From: Pyrinomonadaceae bacterium
GTDB taxonomy: Bacteria; Acidobacteriota; Blastocatellia; Pyrinomonadales; Pyrinomonadaceae
Length of the DNA: 64,000 nt
NCBI GenBank assembly: GCA_026129865.1
Contig: JAHCHG010000002.1
Coordinates: forward strand, 244,096-308,095
Direction of reading: 5' to 3'
The notes beneath the pieces were generated by a model that ran no database searches, was not told the origin of the DNA, and worked only from the letters and a program-made list of their open reading frames with translations. Positions 29,402 to 37,895 of the stretch are shown here, one piece after another. The position numbers were made by a program, and so were the translations under genes. How positions within the stretch are numbered: position 1 is the stretch's first letter; the number at the start of each line of letters is the position of its first letter.

Positions 29402-30163
29402 TTAAATTCCGATTATGTTGAATCCGCAATCTACGTATATCGTTTCGCCGGTAATGCCGGACGACATATCGCTTACGAGAAAAAGAGCGGTATTTCCGAC
29501 TTCGCGCGCTTCGACATTTCTGCGAAGCGGAGCGCGCTCTCCGATATGCGAGAACATCGCGCCCATGTTCTTAACGCCGCGTGCCGAAAGTGTGTTCAAA
29601 GGTCCGGCGCTGATTGCATTGACACGAATATTCTGTTTGCCGAGATCCTCAGCAAGGTATCGCGTGGAGGATTCCAGAGCTGCCTTTGCGACGCCCATGA
29701 CGTTGTAATTTCTAACCACTTTTTCGGCGCCGTAATAGCTCATCGTAACGATGCTGCCGCCATCCTTCATCAGCGGTGCAGCCGCGAGCGAAAGCTGCGT
29801 CAGCGAAAAAGCGCTGATCTCAAGCGCTGTCAAAAACGCCTCGCGGGTTGTCGTCACAAATTCGCCTTCGAGCGCTTCGCGCGGAGCAAATGCGATCGAA
29901 TGGATCAGAAAATCTAACCGACCGTATTTCTTTTCAACCGCCTCGAATGCCGCGTCCACCTCGGCTTGGTTCGTCACATCGCACGGAACGACCAGCGACT
30001 CCGGCAATTCGGACGTCAGTTTTTCGACGTTTTCCTTCAGCCGTTCGCCCTGATAGGTAAATGCGAGTTTCGCGCCGTTTTCCGAAGTAGCCTGTGCGCA
30101 AGCCCATGCTATCGAGCGTTTATTTGCAACGCCAAAGATCATTCCAACTTTATTTTCAAGCAT
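29402..30163 (-). CDS. fabI: Enoyl-ACP reductase (NADH), FabI
   Basis: GVANKRSIAW, SYYGAEKVVRNYNVMGVAKAALE (Y-x6-K) and ISAGPLNTLSA. Confidence 0.9.
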   Translation of the reverse strand: MLENKVGMIFGVANKRSIAWACAQATSENGAKLAFTYQGERLKENVEKLTSELPESLVVPCDVTNQAEVDAAFEAVEKKYGRLDFLIHSIAFAPREALEGEFVTTTREAFLTALEISAFSLTQLSLAAAPLMKDGGSIVTMSYYGAEKVVRNYNVMGVAKAALESSTRYLAEDLGKQNIRVNAISAGPLNTLSARGVKNMGAMFSHIGERAPLRRNVEAREVGNTALFLVSDMSSGITGETIYVDCGFNIIGI

Positions 30164-30188
30164 AATTTTTTAATTGTGGAAAAGGTGA

Positions 30189-30269
30189 AAAGTGAAAAAG
30201 TAAATCTTCCTAAGCAACAACGCTGCTCGCGATATTTACAATTTTCCCTTTTTTCTACTTTTTCACTTT
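30189..30269. repeat. Long hairpin built from TGAAAAG-type heptads
   Basis: AAAGTGAAAAAGTA (30189..30202) pairs perfectly with TACTTTTTCACTTT (30256..30269), with a loop of about 53 nt. It lies between a minus-strand stop and the fabI start. Confidence 0.5.
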
Positions 30270-30271
30270 CC

Positions 30272-31051
30272 CTAAACCGTGTATATCTGCTGCAACTCTT
30301 CAAAACCGTAAAAAGCTATTTCAAAATAATTTACCGGAATCTTTGCAAATTTATCCTTCGTTAATTTTGATCTGAGCTCAGCCTCGCCGAGCGCATCTAG
30401 CTGTGTAACGACAACATATAGAAGCTTTAGATTCGAATTTGGAAATTGCCTGTCGGCAACCTTTTTCGCATCCTGCATCTTGGCGGAAATCAGATCGATC
30501 TTTTCGTCGCTCAGATCGGGTTTAACTAAAAAAGTAACATCAACGCAGGTGATTAGATTTTCAGTTAAAAGGATCGCGTCAAACTCGGTTTCGCCGATCT
30601 TTGCGTGCCGGATCAAAGGCTGCCGCGCTTCCTGCTGGATCTGGCGAAGCGAAAGATCTTCTGCAACGATATATGCAAGCAGCAGGTCGCTGTATTGATC
30701 TTCGGGAATGTCCATCAAGGCGGCAATTTCGCGGACTTCCCAATTGAGTTTGTGTTTCTGGCTCTCGGGATCGCTGATCGACCAAGGAACCGTCATATTT
30801 CCCTTTTCAATTGCGTTGTTCCGTGTTTTTTTCAGGATCAGCCCGGTCGCAACGATGACGCCGAAAATTGCCGCCAATGTCAAAAAGATAGAAAAAACAC
30901 GCGCCGTCGAATTCCCAAAACCTTCGGTCGCAAACGCAATAAAAAGCACGGCGATCAGAAATATCAACGCAATCAGATTGATCGAAACTGCCGATTGATT
31001 TACGCGGTTTCTTGCGAAATCGGTTAACGAAGGGGATTTTTTCTTTGCCAT
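30272..31051 (-). CDS. Hypothetical membrane protein (2 TM helices plus a soluble domain of about 180 aa)
   Basis: Two N-terminal hydrophobic helices. No family recognised. The start was moved to Met15 (MAKKKSPSL). Confidence 0.55.
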   Translation of the reverse strand: MAKKKSPSLTDFARNRVNQSAVSINLIALIFLIAVLFIAFATEGFGNSTARVFSIFLTLAAIFGVIVATGLILKKTRNNAIEKGNMTVPWSISDPESQKHKLNWEVREIAALMDIPEDQYSDLLLAYIVAEDLSLRQIQQEARQPLIRHAKIGETEFDAILLTENLITCVDVTFLVKPDLSDEKIDLISAKMQDAKKVADRQFPNSNLKLLYVVVTQLDALGEAELRSKLTKDKFAKIPVNYFEIAFYGFEELQQIYTV

Positions 31052-31146
31052 GAGCCGTAACGGATGATTCTCATCAAAAATTCGGAAGCACAATAATATG
31101 TCGCGACCTCCGTTCTTGACAAATGCCGCGGCAAAACTGTTTCTTC

Positions 31147-32445
31147 CTAATTTGCAGAGGTCGAATCGCTTTTGTCGGTTCGCAAACGGTGAGCATAAAG
31201 CGGAAATTTATCTGTAAGTTCCGCGACCTCGCGTTTAACGCGTGATTTTACGTCTTCCGAATCGGGCTCGCGAACGATATCTGCGATCAGGCGTCCGACG
31301 GTGCGCATTTCGTCTTCCTTCATTCCGCGCGTCGTCAGCGCCGGCGTTCCGAGACGAATTCCCGACGCAACGAACGGCGAATTGGTATCGAACGGGATCG
31401 TGTTCTTGTTAACCGTCAAGTGAACCGCATCAAGCGCCTTTTCCGCGACCTTTCCGGTAATTCCGTTTCCGTTCTGGAAAACGTCCACCAGAATCAGATG
31501 ATTATCCGTTCCGCCGGAAACCAGGCGAAGTCCCTGTTTTTTGAGTTCTTCAGCAAGCGCCTGTGCGTTATCGAGAATCTGCTGCTGATAAACTTTGAAA
31601 TCATCGCGCAGCGCTTCGCCAAACGAAACCGCTTTCGCCGCGATTATATGCATCAGCGGACCGCCCTGAACGCCCGGGAACACGGCTTTATTTACATCTT
31701 TTGCAAATTCTTCACGGCACAGGATCAGACCGCCGCGCGGACCGCGAAGCGTTTTATGAGTTGTCGTCGTGACATATTCACAATGAGGAACCGGCGACGG
31801 ATGAAGCCCGACGGCAACCAAACCCGCGATATGTGCAATGTCCGCCATTACAATCGCACCGACCGATCGTGCGATCTCACCGATCCGCTCAAAATCGATA
31901 GTTCGCGGATAGGCGGAAGCGCCGCAAATGATCATTTTCGGTTTGTTCTCATGAGCAATTCTTTCCAGTTCGTCGTAATCGATCGTTTCTGTCTCGTTGC
32001 TGACGCCGTAATCGGAAACTTCGTAATTAATGCCCGAAAAATTCATCGGATGCCCGTGCGTCAAATGCCCGCCGTGCGACAGATTCATCCCCAAGATCTT
32101 ATCGCCGTGATTTAACGATGCGAGAAAAACCGCCATATTCGCCTGCGCTCCCGAATGCGGCTGAACATTTGCGTGTTCCGCACCGAAAATTTCCTTCGCA
32201 CGGTCGATCGCCGCCTGCTCGACAACATCTGCAAACTCGCAGCCGCCGTAATAACGCTTTTTCGGATACCCTTCGGCGTATTTGTTTGTAAAAACCGTCC
32301 CCATCGCCTGCAGAACGGCTTCGGATACGAAATTTTCCGAAGCGATAAGTTCTAAACCGTTCGTCTGGCGCATTATTTCATTGTTGATCGCCTCGTTTAT
32401 AACCGGATCAACTTCCGCTAAATTTGCTGTAAAAAGATCGTTCAT
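31147..32445 (-). CDS. glyA: Serine hydroxymethyltransferase
   Basis: [16 protein letters not shown] and [14 protein letters not shown] (PLP lysine). The start was moved to Met9. Confidence 0.92.
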   Translation of the reverse strand: MNDLFTANLAEVDPVINEAINNEIMRQTNGLELIASENFVSEAVLQAMGTVFTNKYAEGYPKKRYYGGCEFADVVEQAAIDRAKEIFGAEHANVQPHSGAQANMAVFLASLNHGDKILGMNLSHGGHLTHGHPMNFSGINYEVSDYGVSNETETIDYDELERIAHENKPKMIICGASAYPRTIDFERIGEIARSVGAIVMADIAHIAGLVAVGLHPSPVPHCEYVTTTTHKTLRGPRGGLILCREEFAKDVNKAVFPGVQGGPLMHIIAAKAVSFGEALRDDFKVYQQQILDNAQALAEELKKQGLRLVSGGTDNHLILVDVFQNGNGITGKVAEKALDAVHLTVNKNTIPFDTNSPFVASGIRLGTPALTTRGMKEDEMRTVGRLIADIVREPDSEDVKSRVKREVAELTDKFPLYAHRLRTDKSDSTSAN

Positions 32446-32455
32446 TTTATTATTT

Positions 32456-32842
32456 TTATTTTTTATCACGCAGCCAATTTTCTATCTCGTCAACTTTCCA
32501 AGCGTCCGATTCGACGGCTAAACACATTTCATATAAATCTTTTGATGTTGCTGTCAATTCAAAATTATTGCGAAACAAAAATTCTTCCATCAGAAAACTT
32601 GCCGTTCGTTTGTTGCCGCCCGTCCACGGATGATTTTTTATCAAACCGAAAACAAGAGTCGCAGCTTGACGACCGACGTCTGCGTTTTCATAAATCGCCG
32701 CATGTTTAGGTCGCGCCAGAGCGGATTCGATCAAATCACGGCTCTCGACTCCGAAACGGGTTTCGCCCCGCATTTTCATAAGAGCGAAATGCAGATCAAC
32801 GGCTTCGACGTAATCAATGTATGAAACATCTTCACCCGTCAA
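32456..32842 (-). CDS. doc: Doc (death-on-curing) Fic-family toxin
   Basis: Fic/Doc motif [14 protein letters not shown] start overlapping the antitoxin stop. Confidence 0.8.
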   Translation of the reverse strand: MTGEDVSYIDYVEAVDLHFALMKMRGETRFGVESRDLIESALARPKHAAIYENADVGRQAATLVFGLIKNHPWTGGNKRTASFLMEEFLFRNNFELTATSKDLYEMCLAVESDAWKVDEIENWLRDKK

Positions 32843-33086
32843 TTTCTCGCATCTCCTTCATAAAATCGCCGTATTTGCCGATAAATCTCTCGGCGGATCG
32901 TTCGGCTTTTTTAGACGGATGAATATATGAAGTCTGAATTCCGCCGTTTCTGAAAGTCAGGCTGACAAGCGTTCCTTCCGCAAAACCTTCTTTTCGGCAG
33001 ATTTCTGCGGGAACTTCCAGAACCCAAGTGTTCTTTTCAACGTTAACTGTCTTCAAGTTCTTTGTTTCTTCCAAAGCTTCAGCCAT
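32832..33086 (-). CDS. AbrB/MazE-like antitoxin partnered with Doc
   Basis: 84 aa with a WVLEVPAEICRKEGFAEGTLVSLTF swapped-hairpin-like pattern. It overlaps doc by 11 nt. Confidence 0.55.
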   Translation of the reverse strand: MAEALEETKNLKTVNVEKNTWVLEVPAEICRKEGFAEGTLVSLTFRNGGIQTSYIHPSKKAERSAERFIGKYGDFMKEMREIDG

Positions 33087-33100
33087 TTTTTTCTCCGAAT

Positions 33101-33338
33101 TTATTGCATTTCCCGCCTTATTTCTTCTCCGGCTTCTTCGAGCAGTTCGTCCAATTCGTCCTCGCTTATTCCGTTCGCCTTTATTTGCTCCCGCACCGGA
33201 GCGAACAAAACGCGCATACTCAGGGTTTTTCAAATCTTCTTCGATCAATTACCGCACATAATCGTCCGCAATCGCGCCGATTTCCTTCGCCCTGTTTTCA
33301 ACCGCTTCGGTCATTGAAGGCTGCAGATTCGTAATTTA
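33101..33338 (-). pseudogene. Remnant of a small ribbon-helix-helix-like gene (in-frame stops and a frameshift)
   Basis: The minus strand reads *ITNLQPSMTEAVENRAKEIGAIADDYVR*LIEEDLKNPEY... Another frame then reads ...KANGISEDELDELLEEAGEEIRREMQ*. Confidence 0.3.
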
Positions 33339-33413
33339 TGTCGGATCGGTCAGCATATTCTTCGCCTCACAAAATTATAACAACTTGCGCTGTGTGCGCA
33401 GTAAAAAGATCGT

Positions 33414-33893
33414 TCACCTTTGTTTAATATTTTGGATAGGTCGTAATAATTTTAACGATTCGACGCTTTTGAAGGCTCTGAATCTCTGCCGGAACTCCTT
33501 TGCTTCGTCGCTAAAATCCGTCATTAAGTCAAGTAAATCTCTGTCGCGGCTGACGATGTAATCGGCTCTCCTATTCGATTGCCAGATTGATATACGGTAT
33601 ATCGTCAATATCGCGCAAATATTGAAATTTCGGCGGCACATTTTTGATTTCAACCGCAAATACGAAAATTTTTCTAAAAATGCGTCAATTTGCGGAAGTG
33701 TCGTATTCGGAAACCGGGCGATTAATTTTGGACGCTGCAAAACCTCTCTGATTTCCAAAACCGTCTCCGACGACACGAAAAGCACAACTTCATTACGCCT
33801 GACTGCTTCAAAACATCTGTTCGCGACGCCGTTCGGATTGAACAAAGCCAGAACATAAGTGTTACAGTCAAAAACCGAACGCACTATTTCCAT
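33414..33893 (-). CDS. PIN-domain toxin (TIGR00305-like) whose catalytic core is read out of frame; probably inactivated
   Basis: The N-terminal VFDCNTYVLAL and C-terminal ADYIVSRDRDLLDL fit PIN. The expected core appears only in another frame, as KIFVFAVEIKNVPPKFQYLRDIDDIPYINLAIE*. Confidence 0.6.
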   Translation of the reverse strand: MEIVRSVFDCNTYVLALFNPNGVANRCFEAVRRNEVVLFVSSETVLEIREVLQRPKLIARFPNTTLPQIDAFLEKFSYLRLKSKMCRRNFNICAILTIYRISIWQSNRRADYIVSRDRDLLDLMTDFSDEAKEFRQRFRAFKSVESLKLLRPIQNIKQR

Positions 33894-34141
33894 TACTTCG
33901 CTTCTTTTTCTTCACGCATTCCCCGCCGTTCGGATTTGATAAGCGCGTCTAAATCGTCTTCGGTCATTCCGCTTTTCGCAAAATCTTCACGCATCGGCGC
34001 GAGAATTTCGTCCAATGACGGTTTGACCGCCTGGCGTTCGACCAGCGTTTCTATAAATTCTTTAATGTTCTGACCTTTTTCAGCAGCCTTCCGCCCTAAA
34101 ATTTCTTCGATTTTCGGTGGAACTGAAATTGTAACTTCCAT
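33893..34141 (-). CDS. RHH-type antitoxin partnered with the PIN gene
   Basis: MEVTISVPPKIEEILGRKAAEKGQNIKEFIETLVERQ. The stop overlaps the PIN start (TAATG). Confidence 0.55.
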   Translation of the reverse strand: MEVTISVPPKIEEILGRKAAEKGQNIKEFIETLVERQAVKPSLDEILAPMREDFAKSGMTEDDLDALIKSERRGMREEKEAK

Positions 34142-34221
34142 ATTTACCTCGAAAAAAATTGTAGCATTTTCATTCTTCCGATTATTACTAAATTTCTTGC
34201 AAAACGATCGGCAATCAATTT

Positions 34222-34680
34222 TCACAGATCCAAACTGTTTTCATTTTCGGCTTTGTCTTTCCGAAATAACCTGACGCCTAATCCGACACTGCCATAAATC
34301 AGCCCGAACATAGCAATTTGCAAGAATAATTTAATTCTGCCGCCAACCGCCTCAAGATCGCTTTGACTTTGTTCCAGTTCTCTTTCTAATATTTTAATTC
34401 TTCGGCTGTTCTTTTCTATATCACTTTTTACGCCTTCAACGTCGGTTAATTTAGAATAACTGTTTTCATTTTCGGAAAAATTATGTGCCCAGCCTACATG
34501 CGGGAAAGTGATTATCCAATACATCGAGGAAAAAAGAAATACTGCAAGGCAGACTATTTTTCCGATCGAATACGCAGATTTGAATTTGTCTGTCGGTTCT
34601 AAAAACAGAAAGTGACCAATCATCATCACGCTGAGAATGCTCAAACCGTAAATTGCCCACTCATAACCTTCAATTCCCAT
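34222..34680 (-). CDS. Hypothetical membrane protein (TM helices plus a coiled-coil-like segment)
   Basis: Start taken at Met32 (MGIEGYEWAIY...). The 31 upstream codons of the track ORF are the C-terminal remnant of a doc pseudogene. Confidence 0.5.
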   Translation of the reverse strand: MGIEGYEWAIYGLSILSVMMIGHFLFLEPTDKFKSAYSIGKIVCLAVFLFSSMYWIITFPHVGWAHNFSENENSYSKLTDVEGVKSDIEKNSRRIKILERELEQSQSDLEAVGGRIKLFLQIAMFGLIYGSVGLGVRLFRKDKAENENSLDL

Positions 34681-34713
34681 TATAATTTTGTCCTTTGAAA
34701 CAAGTCTGATTAT

Positions 34714-35092
34714 GTAACGCAGCCAACCTTCGATCTCGTCAGCTTTCCAGGCGTCCGATTCGACGGTTGTCACCCGTTCATGCAGATCAGTCCGCGTCGC
34801 GGTTAGCTGATACGCGCTGCGAAACTGAAATTCCTTTACCAGAAAGTTTGCAGTTCGTCTATTTCCGCCTGTCCACGGATGATTTTTTATCTATTCCGAA
34901 AACGAGTGCAGCGGATTACCGAATCCAATCGGTGTTTTCATAAATTGCGGCATGTTTTGGACGCGCCAAAGCAGATTCGATCAAATCGCGGCTCTCAGCT
35001 CCGAAGCGAGATTCGCCCCAAATATTCATTGAGGCAAGATGCAAATTAACCACTTTGACATAGTATATATACTTGACCGTTCCATCTGTCAA
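34714..35092 (-). pseudogene. doc pseudogene (paralog of 32456..32842)
   Basis: The minus strand reads [65 protein letters not shown]. It then shifts frame to HPWTGGNRRTANFLVKEF...VESDAWKADEIEGWLR. One in-frame TAA and at least one frameshift. Confidence 0.75.
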
Positions 35093-35332
35093 AATCCTCG
35101 ACCTCCTTCATAAAATCGCCATCTTTCGCAACGAATCCTTCAGCCGATTTCACTGCACTTTCAGAAGGACGAAGGTACGATTATTTAATTCCGCCGCTTT
35201 TGAAAGTTAAGCTTACAAGAGATTCTTCTGATAATCCTTCCTGTGCGCAGATCCCTCGTTTGCGCAGATCTCTGAAGAAACTTGCAAGATCCACGTGTAT
35301 GTCCTGCAAGTTAGGATTCTAGCTGAAGACAT
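35082..35332 (-). pseudogene. Antitoxin pseudogene (paralog of 32832..33086)
   Basis: It reads ...TYTWILQVSSEICANEG, then a frameshift next to a short duplication (GATCTGCGCA twice). The second part reads QEGLSEESLVSLTFKSGGIK*SYLRPSESAVKSAEGFVAKDGDFMKEVEDFD. Confidence 0.7.
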
Positions 35333-35492
35333 AAGATTAATAAATCTTAAAGAAATTATTCGCTTGACCGAAAGGAATTGATGAACAGTCTATCAATTTG
35401 TGCGGTTTGAGCGTTTTGTGTAAGCTTGAATGACGGCGATTCAAAATTTGAAACTTTCATCAATACGAATTCCCGAGAACTTTTCTTAATTT

Positions 35493-36389
35493 ATGGTTCC
35501 TTCGAAAAGCCTTACCACAAAAGAGGTTGCGCAGCTTTGCTGCGTCAGCGACGCAACCGTCAAACGTTGGGAAAGCGCGGGGCTGCTTTCTTCGGAACGC
35601 ACGCTCGGCGGGCACCGCCGGTTCCGGATCGAGGAAATTGCAAGATTCCAAAAGAAGACAGGTTTAGGTCTTCAGCGATCTAATTCGGACGATTCGATAG
35701 TTTCTTCGATCTTTCGTCGAAACGATTCGGAGGTAAGGTCTGAGTGCGACTTTTTCAATGCATTGATTTGCGGCAGTGAGGAGAAAGCCTGCAACTATTT
35801 GATGGAAAAGGTGCTTGGAGAGCTGCCGCTTGAAGAGATTCTGGATCGGTCGATCGCTCCGGCGCTGCAGCATGTGGGTCAACTTTGGTTTGAAGGAAAA
35901 CTGACGATCGCGCAGGAGCATCTCGCCACACGAACCGTATTTTGCGCGTTGTACAAGCTACGGTCGATCCTGCCGGTTAAGGAATCCAACGGAATGGCGG
36001 CAGTTTGCTGCAGCATCGAAGGAGATTTCCATGAACTGCCCGCGCATTTTGCACAGATGATTCTCGAAAACGAAGGCTTTGAAGTGCTGAATTTCGGCGC
36101 GAATATGCCCGTTTATGCACTTTGCGATGAGATATCGCAAACTTCGCCCTCAATTATTTGTATTTCATCCGCAATACTTTCCGACATGGACCGTTTGGCG
36201 CGCGATTTTCAGATTTTTAATGAAAAACTCTGCCGAAACAAAGCCTGCGTTGTGCTCGGCGGGCGCGCATTTGAGAATATCGACGTCCAAAAACGCTTTC
36301 CTGCCGAATTTTATGCGAAAAATTTCAGCGATCTTTCCGGATTCGCTCAAAATATTTCGCGATCCGCGAAATCGATTTCCGTAAATTAA
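35493..36389 (+). CDS. CarH/LitR-like B12-dependent photoreceptor regulator (MerR/HTH_17 plus a cobalamin-binding domain)
   Basis: N-terminal LTTKEVAQLCCVSDATVKRWESAGLL helix-turn-helix. W132-x9-E142-H143 (LWFEGKLTIAQEHL). GDFHELP with His180 at the cobalamin lower-ligand position, then LNFGANMP. Confidence 0.8.
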   Translation: MVPSKSLTTKEVAQLCCVSDATVKRWESAGLLSSERTLGGHRRFRIEEIARFQKKTGLGLQRSNSDDSIVSSIFRRNDSEVRSECDFFNALICGSEEKACNYLMEKVLGELPLEEILDRSIAPALQHVGQLWFEGKLTIAQEHLATRTVFCALYKLRSILPVKESNGMAAVCCSIEGDFHELPAHFAQMILENEGFEVLNFGANMPVYALCDEISQTSPSIICISSAILSDMDRLARDFQIFNEKLCRNKACVVLGGRAFENIDVQKRFPAEFYAKNFSDLSGFAQNISRSAKSISVN

Positions 36390-36480
36390 ACCGAGTACCC
36401 GCTCGCAAAAACCTTCGAGGGACAACGGTTCACGTCGTGCCTGCACCAAACCGTTATCAACTTTTGAGGAGAGAAAAAGT

Positions 36481-37764
36481 ATGGGACGCAGATTTGCTTT
36501 GGTCATCGGTGTAATTTTCGCCTCGGTGCTTTTCGCCCATGCGAATTCCTATAGCGATCTTGCCCGGCAGACAGTTTCGTCTGAACCCGAACAGGCTGCG
36601 GCAGCTTCTAAAACCCTCCGAACGTTGGGACAAAAAGGGCTCGATTCGCTTTTTCTAGAATTCGGGTCGGAGATCGCGGCATATAATGCAACGGGCGAAC
36701 GCGGCGAAAGATGGTTAAAGATATCGGAAGCTATCGACCGCGTCGCGATGCAGAAGGACGCGTTTTCATCGCGACTTTATTGGTTTACTGATCTTGAAAA
36801 AGCTCAACTCGAATCGGAAAAAACCGGGAAACCGCTAATTTCTCTCAGGCTTTTAGGCAATCTGAACGAAGAATTCAGCTGCGCAAATAGCCGGTTTTTC
36901 CGGTCGATTCTTTACACCGATCCGACGATTTCACGTCTTTTGCGTGAAAACTTCGTGCTCCATTGGCAATCTGTCCGACCGGCGCCGCGAATCACGATCG
37001 ATTACGGAGACGGACGAAAACTCGTTCGAACGATCACCGGAAACAGCATCCATTATTTGATCGATTCCGGCGGAGCCGTTCTTGACGGCTTGCCGGGTTT
37101 GTACGATCCGAACGAATTCGCAGATTACCTAAAACTCTGGTCGAATTTTTACCGTTCTCGTGCATCCGATATCCAAAATCGGAACAGCTTTTATCAGTTA
37201 CGCCGGCAGCAGCTGATCTCAAAATGGAAAGGCGACTTGAAAAAACTTGGCGTTACGCCCGAAAACATTGAACCGAAGTCCGATCCAGTTTCCGTAAATC
37301 CGCCGGGCGCGCTTCGTGCAGCACCGGTTGCAGTTTCCAAAATGGCAGCCGAACTACCCGCAGTTTCGCTTTTGCAGGACGACGAAGTATTAACTTTTGC
37401 TGCAATGTCGGACTCCCTAAATTGGAAACGCATCGGTCAACTGAGGCGGCAGTTTGATTTTTCCGATGAAACGATGCGATTCATCCGTCGCCAGGTTTCG
37501 GGCGCACCGGAGCTGACGGAACGAAATTTTGCACAAATGACTGCGCAGTTAAAGCAAAATATCGCCGCTGACACTGCCCGCAACGAATATTTGCTGCATA
37601 CGCGAATCTATAAACTTATCAGTGAAAACCCTTCGTGGAATTCCAGCCGGTTGAACGAGTTCATCTACGACCGTCTATTTCTGACGCCGTCTTCCGACGT
37701 CTGGCTAGGACTTTATTTTTCCGCCGATTACACGGGTTTAGACGGGAATGGCGTAATTCAATAA
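36481..37764 (+). CDS. Secreted hypothetical protein with a thioredoxin-like CxxS segment
   Basis: GAGGAGA Shine-Dalgarno and a signal peptide. WFTDLEKAQLESEKTGKPLISLRLLGNLNEEFSCANSRFF resembles a Trx-fold with CANS in place of CxxC. Confidence 0.55.
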   Translation: MGRRFALVIGVIFASVLFAHANSYSDLARQTVSSEPEQAAAASKTLRTLGQKGLDSLFLEFGSEIAAYNATGERGERWLKISEAIDRVAMQKDAFSSRLYWFTDLEKAQLESEKTGKPLISLRLLGNLNEEFSCANSRFFRSILYTDPTISRLLRENFVLHWQSVRPAPRITIDYGDGRKLVRTITGNSIHYLIDSGGAVLDGLPGLYDPNEFADYLKLWSNFYRSRASDIQNRNSFYQLRRQQLISKWKGDLKKLGVTPENIEPKSDPVSVNPPGALRAAPVAVSKMAAELPAVSLLQDDEVLTFAAMSDSLNWKRIGQLRRQFDFSDETMRFIRRQVSGAPELTERNFAQMTAQLKQNIAADTARNEYLLHTRIYKLISENPSWNSSRLNEFIYDRLFLTPSSDVWLGLYFSADYTGLDGNGVIQ

Positions 37765-37852
37765 AATTTTGGTCTTTCGAATCGAAAAAAGCACCGAACA
37801 AAGAAAAAAGCGAAAGCCGCATTCTTGCTCGACGCTTTTTCATTTATAAAAT

Positions 37853-37882
37853 TTGTTACGGGATGTCTTAAGGCTCTATAAT
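37853..37882 (+). promoter_or_regulatory. Sigma70-like promoter candidate
   Basis: TTGTTA, an 18-nt spacer, then TATAAT, ending 14 nt before the ATG at 37896. It is preceded by a hairpin AAAAGCG...CGCTTTTT. Confidence 0.35.
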
Positions 37883-37895
37883 TTGAGCTCAATAG

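Noticed and set aside
28919-29917. 332-aa plus-strand ORF spanning the LOG and fabI regions
   Set aside because: It is antisense to two genes with strong family motifs. Its translation is Arg/Ser/Cys-rich low-complexity sequence typical of a shadow ORF.
30272-31051. Idea that the membrane protein's C-terminal domain (ETEFDAILLTENLITCVDVTFLVK) is a PD-(D/E)xK nuclease
   Set aside because: The spacing does not give a proper (D/E)xK triad, and I have no alignment to support it. It stays a hypothetical membrane protein.
35426-35683. 85-aa plus-strand ORF overlapping the start of the CarH-like gene, and the antisense ORF 35460..35651
   Set aside because: They are in different frames or on the opposite strand from a gene with clear HTH and B12-binding motifs. 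No motifs of their own.
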